Shown one piece after another: positions 56,687 through 64,000 of a stretch of 64,000 nucleotides of DNA; within the stretch, counting starts at the first letter, position 1; each line of letters starts with the position of its first letter. Position numbers and translations under genes: made by a program. Below the pieces are notes generated by a model. That model was not told the DNA's origin, searched no databases, and worked only from the letters and a program-made list of their open reading frames with translations. The DNA lies in assembly GCA_004022145.1 (NCBI GenBank), contig RCNU01000007.1, one strand, 5' to 3'. This stretch comes from Paecilomyces variotii (Eukaryota).

Positions 56687-57476
56687 AAGTTTCGGATTAC
56701 TTAGTTTTAGATTAATAAATAACTAACTAATATAAATTTCTAATTACTAAATTTCTAACTATTAAATTTCTTACTATTAAACTAGATTAAGTTTTAAATT
56801 AATAAATAACTGACTAATATAAATTTTTAATTACTAAATTTCTAATTACTAAATTTTTTATTATTAAACTAGACTAAGTTTTAAATTAATAAATAATTAA
56901 CTAATATAAATTTTTAACTATTAAATTTCTAACTACTAAATTTCCTATTATTAGACTAGACTAAGTTTTAGATTAATAAATAACTAACTAATATAAATTT
57001 TTAACTATTAAATTTCTAACTATTAAATTTCTTATTACTAGACTAGATTAAGTTTTAGATTAATAAATAACTAACTAATATAAATTTTTAATTACTGAAT
57101 TTTTAACTATTAAATTTTTTATTATTAAATTAAACTAAGTTTTAAATTAATAAATAACTAACTAATATAAATTGTTAACTACTAAATTTCTAATTACTAA
57201 ATTTCTTACTACTAGACTAAATTAAGTTTTAAATTAATAAATAATTAATTAATATAAATTTTCAACTACTAAATTTTTAACTATTAAATTTCTTATTACT
57301 AGATTAAACTAAGTTTTAGATTAATAAATAACTAACTAATATAAATTTTTAACTACTAAATTTCTAACTATTAAATTTCTTATTACTAGACTAGACTAAG
57401 TTTTAGATTAATAAATAACTAACTAATATAAATTTTCAACTATTAAATTTCTAACTACTAAATTTCTTACTAATAA
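56687..57476. repeat. 87-bp subterminal array, 9 units
   Basis: Units every 87 bp from about 56702 to 57398. Confidence 0.95.
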
Positions 57477-58614
57477 TATTATAGCGCTAAATAAGTATTA
57501 TAATAACTATAAGATAGATTAGAGTTATAAAAGGAGATAGCGAAGTAAAACTACTAGTAGAACTATTAACTGCCTGCTATATTAAGAAGAGATTAAGAAA
57601 TAAAGAATTTTAAAGATAAAAGTATTTAGATTTTTACCTTAAATTTTTCTTCTTTTTTTTCTCTAGCTTAAAGTTCTTTATTATACTGTCTTACTAGATT
57701 AAATCTTTAATAAATTTAATTTAGTTTACTTAAGCATAATATTATTTTAAGCTTATTCTACCTATCTTATTTTATTTCCTAGGCTTTTTATTTAAATATA
57801 TTATACTATTTAAGAAGCCTATTTACTACTTAATAAAATATTAAATTTTTAAATTAGATCCTTATTATAGTAAAGCCTATTAATAAATCTAATTATTATT
57901 AAGATAATTCTAAAGATAGAGATAAATAGCCTAAATAAGAATCTATAAAAGATACTTATTATATCTTATATTATTAGGATAATAGGCTAAAGAATATAAT
58001 ATTAGATAAGTTCTATAAAAAGCTAAAAGCAGACCCTATAGAAATCTAGAGAATCTAATATTTTATTATTAATTTCCTCTAGAATAAAATTTATAAATTA
58101 AAGAATATTAAGTATTTAAATAATTATAATATTAAATATAAAGATAATAATAATAATCTTGCCCGCCAGCTTTACTAGGAGAAATATTATATTAAAGATA
58201 TTAAATAATAAGTTATAGAACTTATTTATAATTAAAAAGAATATAAGAAGGCTTTTATTAATATAGCCCTTTATCTTAGTTATAAAAATACTCTAGGATT
58301 TATAAATAATTAGCCCTAGTACTCTATTAAATTACTTAATTCTTCCCTGCTTATTAATAGAAAGAATTTTAAATTTAAAGATTAGCTATTATAGATTAAG
58401 AATAAGCTTAAGATAAATACTAACTATTATAGAAGTAAATATCTCTATATTATATATATTTAAAGCCGCCTAAATAGAAAAGCTATAATATATATATTTC
58501 TTAGATTTTATAAAGATTTTAGCCTCCCTTTTTAAATAGCTAATAAAATCTTTAATTATCTTTAAGCTATTTTCTATAACTTAAACTATTATTAGAATAT
58601 AAAGCGCTATAATA
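57477..58614 (+). mobile_element. 1138-bp LTR-like + gag cassette (copy 4)
   Basis: tattatagcgct ... agcgctataata. Gag motif from about 58320. Confidence 0.8.
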
Positions 58615-60451
58615 ATTAAATTAGATTAAGTTTTAGATTAATAAATAACTAAGTAATATAAATTTTTAACTACTAAATTTTTAATTAGATAGAAGTTCTA
58701 AACTAATATATAGCTTAAAGGCTTTAGCCCTATATTATCTATTATTAGAATAACTAGTCTAAATATTTTATAATAATTAACTTTATAGCAGCTATATTAA
58801 TTTAAGAATCTATAGGTATATTTTTAGTAATAGTTAAATACTAATATAAGTTATAGATCTCTTTTAATTATAGCCTAATATTATAATCTAGTAGTCTATT
58901 ATTATAAGATTTATTAGTTAGAAATAATTTAGTAATTGAAAATTTATATTATTTAGTAATTTATTAATCCGAAATTTAATATCTTATTAAATAAGGCTTG
59001 GCAAACCTTATTAAAATTCTCGCCTAAATATTAACCCCTTATATCTCTACTAAATTAGGTTAAATCTAGATAGAAATTAATTTATTTTATATATTTAATT
59101 CGACTTTATAATATATTAAAAATTTAGCTTAATCCGACTTTATTTTACTAAGATATAAGGGAATAAAGTTTTATTATTAAAAAATCTGAAATAGAAAGCA
59201 GTATTAGCCTATTTTAATTTTTCTACTATAGCTTATTAATTGAGGCAAAATCTTTAAACCTTAATAACTCACGCTACAGTGGACCAATCTAAAAAAGGAA
59301 TATATATTTATAATCCTTAAAATGAGCTCTATCGATTAGTATATAGAACAATATTAAATTCCCAAAGGGGAAGTTTACTTATATACGTGATTTTGCCTTA
59401 TAGACTGGCAGGGCTTTCCTCCCTATTTACTCCTTTACTATTCTTTATTAAAGGTTAATAATTAGACGGGCCCTTAAACCCTTTAAAAGAAGTCTTAAGA
59501 TACTATATTTTAATAACCTTCTGGCTAGGATTTATTCTGCTTTATCTTATTTTATCTTCTCTAGTATTAATAGTTTTAAATGCACTAGGGGATTTATTAA
59601 GAGTATATACTATATATTATAGCAGAAGTAAAATAGTCGATTATAATATATCTATAACTCTATTATATAGAAGTAACTTTAGATTATAGAGACTAGTAAT
59701 AAGTTAAATATATAGTATATAAACTTATAAAGAAGTTTTATATACTTTTATAGATTAGTTAGGCAGAGCTTTTATTATATAAACAGATAATCTTCTTACT
59801 AATTTTATACTTCTATTTAAGGTATACTTAAGACCTAGATTAAGTTAGCTTTATTTATATATAAGAGATAAATAATAATATCCTAACCTTTAAACTTATA
59901 TATACTTAATAGAGACTTATACTCTTAAATCTATATAAATATATAAATCTATCTATATTCTTTAAGATAATATACTAGTTTTACTTACTCTTTTAGCTAA
60001 TTCTATAGAATTTACTAAGAATTAGCTTATATAAAACGGCCCGGTAGAATATAGAAATAGAGAAAGTTAAGGCGGTATAATTAGTTAAGCAGAGCTTTTT
60101 TTTCTTCTAGTCTATATTTATATCTAATTATAATAATAATATACTATTTAATCTCGCAGAAGAACTAATATAGTTTAGTCTAGTAACTAGCTATTTTAAC
60201 TACTAGGAGCTTAGATTATAACTAGGGTTAAGAGAAAAGTATAGTAAATAGCGCTGCTGCTATTTAGTTAACTTTTCTCTAGAGGAAGTAGTATATAGAT
60301 CTTAAGTACCTCTATAAGATAATAATAATTAAGAAGTATACTATATAAGTAGTGTTAATTTTTTTTTTATAGCTTCTAGACTAATTTTATTATTTTTCTG
60401 CAAAGTCTTTTTAAGATCTTAAAATACTATTTATATTAAATAAACTAGGCC

Positions 60452-63400
60452 TTCTTATTAGGCGCTAATAAATATATATAATAAGATCTTTACCCTTTTA
60501 TTCGGCTAATCTCTTTCTCTTAAAAAGTATAATCTTTATATAGAAATATAGTCTCCTGCAAATCTATTAATAAGGTAAAGATATTATATAGACTAAATTA
60601 CCTTAAGAAGATATATTTTATTATATATATTATATAGCTTAAGTAATCTACTAATAGAAACTAGTTTAATATATTTAATAAAGGATTAGCTAATAATTAA
60701 TAGCTATAAGGTATTAATAAGATATTATATATATAAGACTAATTAAGACTAAAGCAAATATAGCATTATATATTTAAGGAGATATATATAAAGAGCATAT
60801 ATTAATAATAGAATCTAATGCTGTTTAGCTTATTAAGGATTAAAGCGCTTTAAATATAGCTAGGGCTTTTATTAGAGCTAAACTGCTATTCTCCTATTTA
60901 TTTTAGATTTATTTCTAGCTTAAATAATAGGATTCCTAATTATATTATAAGCTAAAAGACCTTTAATAATAGTTATAGACTTACTGCTAAGCTAGTAAAA
61001 TATTCTCTTCTCCTAGTTTATATAATAAAAAATACTATAATCTAATAATAATCTTAGTATTATTTTCTCTATATTTTATCTTATAAGATCTAGAACTTCT
61101 ATTTATAGCGCATACTTTAATATTAAGATACTTAGGTTAAAATACTAAGCTATTATATCTAGGATACTATTAGCTAAAATACTTAGCTTAATAAAGTTAA
61201 AATTATAAGTTATAGTATATTTATACCTATAGGTAAAAATATATTAAGGTATTTAACGCGGGAAATAGACTTAATTAAATAATATATAAATTATAAAATT
61301 AATAGTCTGCAATTTTATTAGCTATAATAAGTTAAAAGCATAAGATAAGATATATCTCTAATTATATATAGATAGGCCCTATATTTATACTATTTAAAGA
61401 TAATTAGTATTATAATTATATAAAAGTAGTAAATAGCTTCTAAGTCTCCTAATTATTCTTTAAGTAAGGCTTATAAAGAATACTTATAAGCATTAAATTT
61501 AATAGAGTTATAAGGGCTTTAATATTATAATTATATATAGTATTACTGCTTTATTAATCTAGTAAGGTAATCTAATATTATTTAGACTTAAAGAATAAGG
61601 TTAACTATTTTAGTAGATACTGCCTTAGAGTTAATATATATAGATAGTATTGAAATATTACTAGATAGGTTATTTAGTTATTATAAAATAGCTTTAATAT
61701 AATTTAAATATGCTTAGCTAATTGCCTGCCCGGCTCTCTTACTAAATATTTTCTTTTTTTTCTTATTTTATTGCTAATTAAATTATTAATAACTAGAATA
61801 AACTTTATATAAAGCTTTATTTTTAATATTAAATCTTAGAGGCCTTAAAGCATATAGAAAGTTAAAAAGACTTAAGTATATTATAACTAGTATAGAAGAC
61901 TAAATATAAGCTAATTACTTTAATATAAGCGCTTATATAAAAGAGAAGATTAGACTAAAGTCTTCTAATTTTAATTATATAATAAATAATAAAACTACTA
62001 TCTTTATTATATAGTGTAATATATAGAGATCTTATTACTTTAAGATTATTTATTCTAGCCTTATTTCTAAGTCTACCCCTAATAGAGTATAATTAGTAAA
62101 GTTTTACTTATATAGTATTAAATTGCTTTATAATTTATTTATTTTTTATACTTAATTATATTTTATAGCTTAAGGTCCTATATAATATCTTATATTATTC
62201 TCCCTTATTAATGCCTTTCTTATATTATTACTACTTAAAGGTTCCTTATAGATAATATATCTTAAACTTAGTCTATTCTTTAGTTCTAATATTAAATAAT
62301 ACTTATTTATTTACTAGAAGCTTTTATTTATATAGAGTAATATTATATTGCCTATTAAGAATATTAAATAAGATATTAAATAGTTTATTAACTTTTAAAT
62401 ATTATAGTTTATATATATTTTTTTTATATACTTCTTTCTCTTCCTATTTAAGCTTTCTTCTACTATATTAGCTATAATACTTTATTATCTATATCTCTAA
62501 TAAATATATTAGTATTTTTATATAAATAGTTAACTATCTTCTATTATGCCTTTTTTATAATATATAAGATTTACTTAACTTATCTCTAAATTGCCTTTTT
62601 ATAATTTAAAGATATAGCTTATCTTCTAATAAAATACTATTAAATATTAGATTAAGATCTTCTCCCTTTTTAGAAATATAAGACTATTAGAGAAGTCTAT
62701 ATATAAAAGTAATAGTTAGTAAAATTAAGATTAAGAAATATTAGACTTACTTTTTTAGCTTTATCTTTAAATTTTATATCTTATTTTTAATATTAATATT
62801 TATTCTTATTTAATAGATTTTAGGCCCTAATAAATACCTTTAGTTAGCCTTTTATATTTTTACCTAATAACTTTTATATTTAAGGAATAACTCTAATATA
62901 TACTATATCTCTTCTTATTTCTATTATTTCTTAATTGCTTAATAATAATAATATAGATAATTAGATTAAATAGATAATATCTATATTCTGTGTTTAAATC
63001 TATTAATAATTACTTACTTATTATTATTATAGTTAGAATTATAATAAATTAATATATTACTTTTATTACTGCTTATTTTAGGGTCTTTAATAAAGAAGTT
63101 ATTAGTATTAAAGTTAATATAATCTAAATCCTCTATAGTTATAATAATCTTATCTTAATCTTATTATCTAGAAGCTAAGAGTAATTATAAATATAATAAA
63201 GATTAAATCTCTTAGCCTGGCTAATATAACTCTAAGTATTAAATATTTTTACTTAGCTAATATAACTCTAAGCATTAGATATCTTTACCTAGCTAATATA
63301 ACTTTAAGTATTAAATATTTTTACCTAGCTAATATAACTCTAAGTATTAGATATCTTAGCTTAGCTAACTTAACTTTAAGTATAATAAGAGTTAAATCTC

Positions 63401-64000
63401 TTAGCCTAGCTAATATAACTCTAAGTATTAAATATTTTTACTTAGCCGATATAACTCTAAGCATTAAATATCTTAGCTTAGCTAACTTAACTCTAAGTAT
63501 AATAAAAGTTAGATCTCTTAGCCTAGTTAATATAACTCTAAGTATTAAATATCTTTACTTAGCCGATATAATTTTAAGTATTAAATATTTTAGCCTAGCC
63601 GACCTAACTCTAAGTATAATAAGAGTTAAATTTCTTAGCCTAGCTAATATAATTCTAAGTATTAAATATCTTTATTTAACTAATATAACTTTAAGCATTA
63701 GATATTTTAGCCTAGCTAATATAACTCTAAGCATTAAATATCTTTACCTGGCTAATATAACTCTAAGCATTAAATATTTTTATCTAGCTAATATAACTTT
63801 AAGCATTAGATTTCTTAGCCTAGTTAATATAACTTTAAATATTAAATATCTTTACTTAGCTAATATAACTCTAAGTATTAAATATCTTTACTTAGCTAAT
63901 ATAACTTTAAGTATTAGATCTCTTAGCTTAACTAATATAACTCTAAGTATAATAAGGATTAAATCTCCTAGCCTAGCTAATATAACTTTAAGTATTAAAT
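60452..64000. mobile_element. Element Z copy 5 (internal part, runs off the window)
   Basis: Colinear with 37190-40620, with an insertion of about 39 bp near 62213-62251. Confidence 0.88.
63190..64000. repeat. 36/45-bp tandem array, at least 21 units, cut by the window end
   Basis: Same unit as 39890-40670. Confidence 0.95.

Larger units (their letters stand above)
56073..59404. mobile_element. Element Z copy 4 (terminal 3.3 kb)
   Basis: Begins at the position equivalent to 53264. Ends gattttgccttataga at 59404. Confidence 0.92.
1..64000. other. RIP-degenerated, AT-rich transposon block (ascomycete-type heterochromatin)
   Basis: Strong TpA excess and near absence of CpA/TpG throughout. Aligned copies (e.g. 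the two LTRs, or 25352+ vs 46081+) differ almost only by transitions. Relic ORFs show TAA/TAG where Q, W or R codons are expected. Confidence 0.96.

Noticed and set aside
1-64000. Organelle, Plasmodium-like or alternative-genetic-code coding DNA
   Set aside because: Specific loss of CA/TG, transition-only differences between copies, and Gypsy relics with D>N, G>S/R and Q/W>stop changes are all explained by RIP.

Overview
This window is a very AT-rich block made almost entirely of repeats, with the signature of fungal repeat-induced point mutation (RIP): TpA is everywhere, CpA and TpG are nearly absent, and copies differ almost only by C>T or G>A. I found no intact gene, RNA gene or CRISPR array. 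Three layers can be read. (1) An unclassified element or elements over about 1-22190, with related tandem arrays. A complete 5944-bp Ty3/Gypsy chromovirus sits inside it (11949-17892, minus strand, 255-bp LTRs, ATTAT target-site duplication). (2) Five same-orientation pieces of a large unclassified element, here called element Z (at least 19 kb). Four pieces end at the same terminus, ...TTTTGCCTTATAGA, at 25351, 36074, 56072 and 59404, while their left edges differ. Element Z carries a subterminal 87-bp array of variable copy number, other internal tandem repeats, and a long RIP-destroyed ORF of more than 800 codons that resembles an uncharacterised fungal protein family rather than a named transposase. 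(3) A 1138-bp LTR+gag cassette, bounded by 12-bp inverted repeats, fixed inside the 87-bp array of all four copies that reach the terminus. Protein readings are manual de-RIP reconstructions. Family assignments come from memory, not from database searches.
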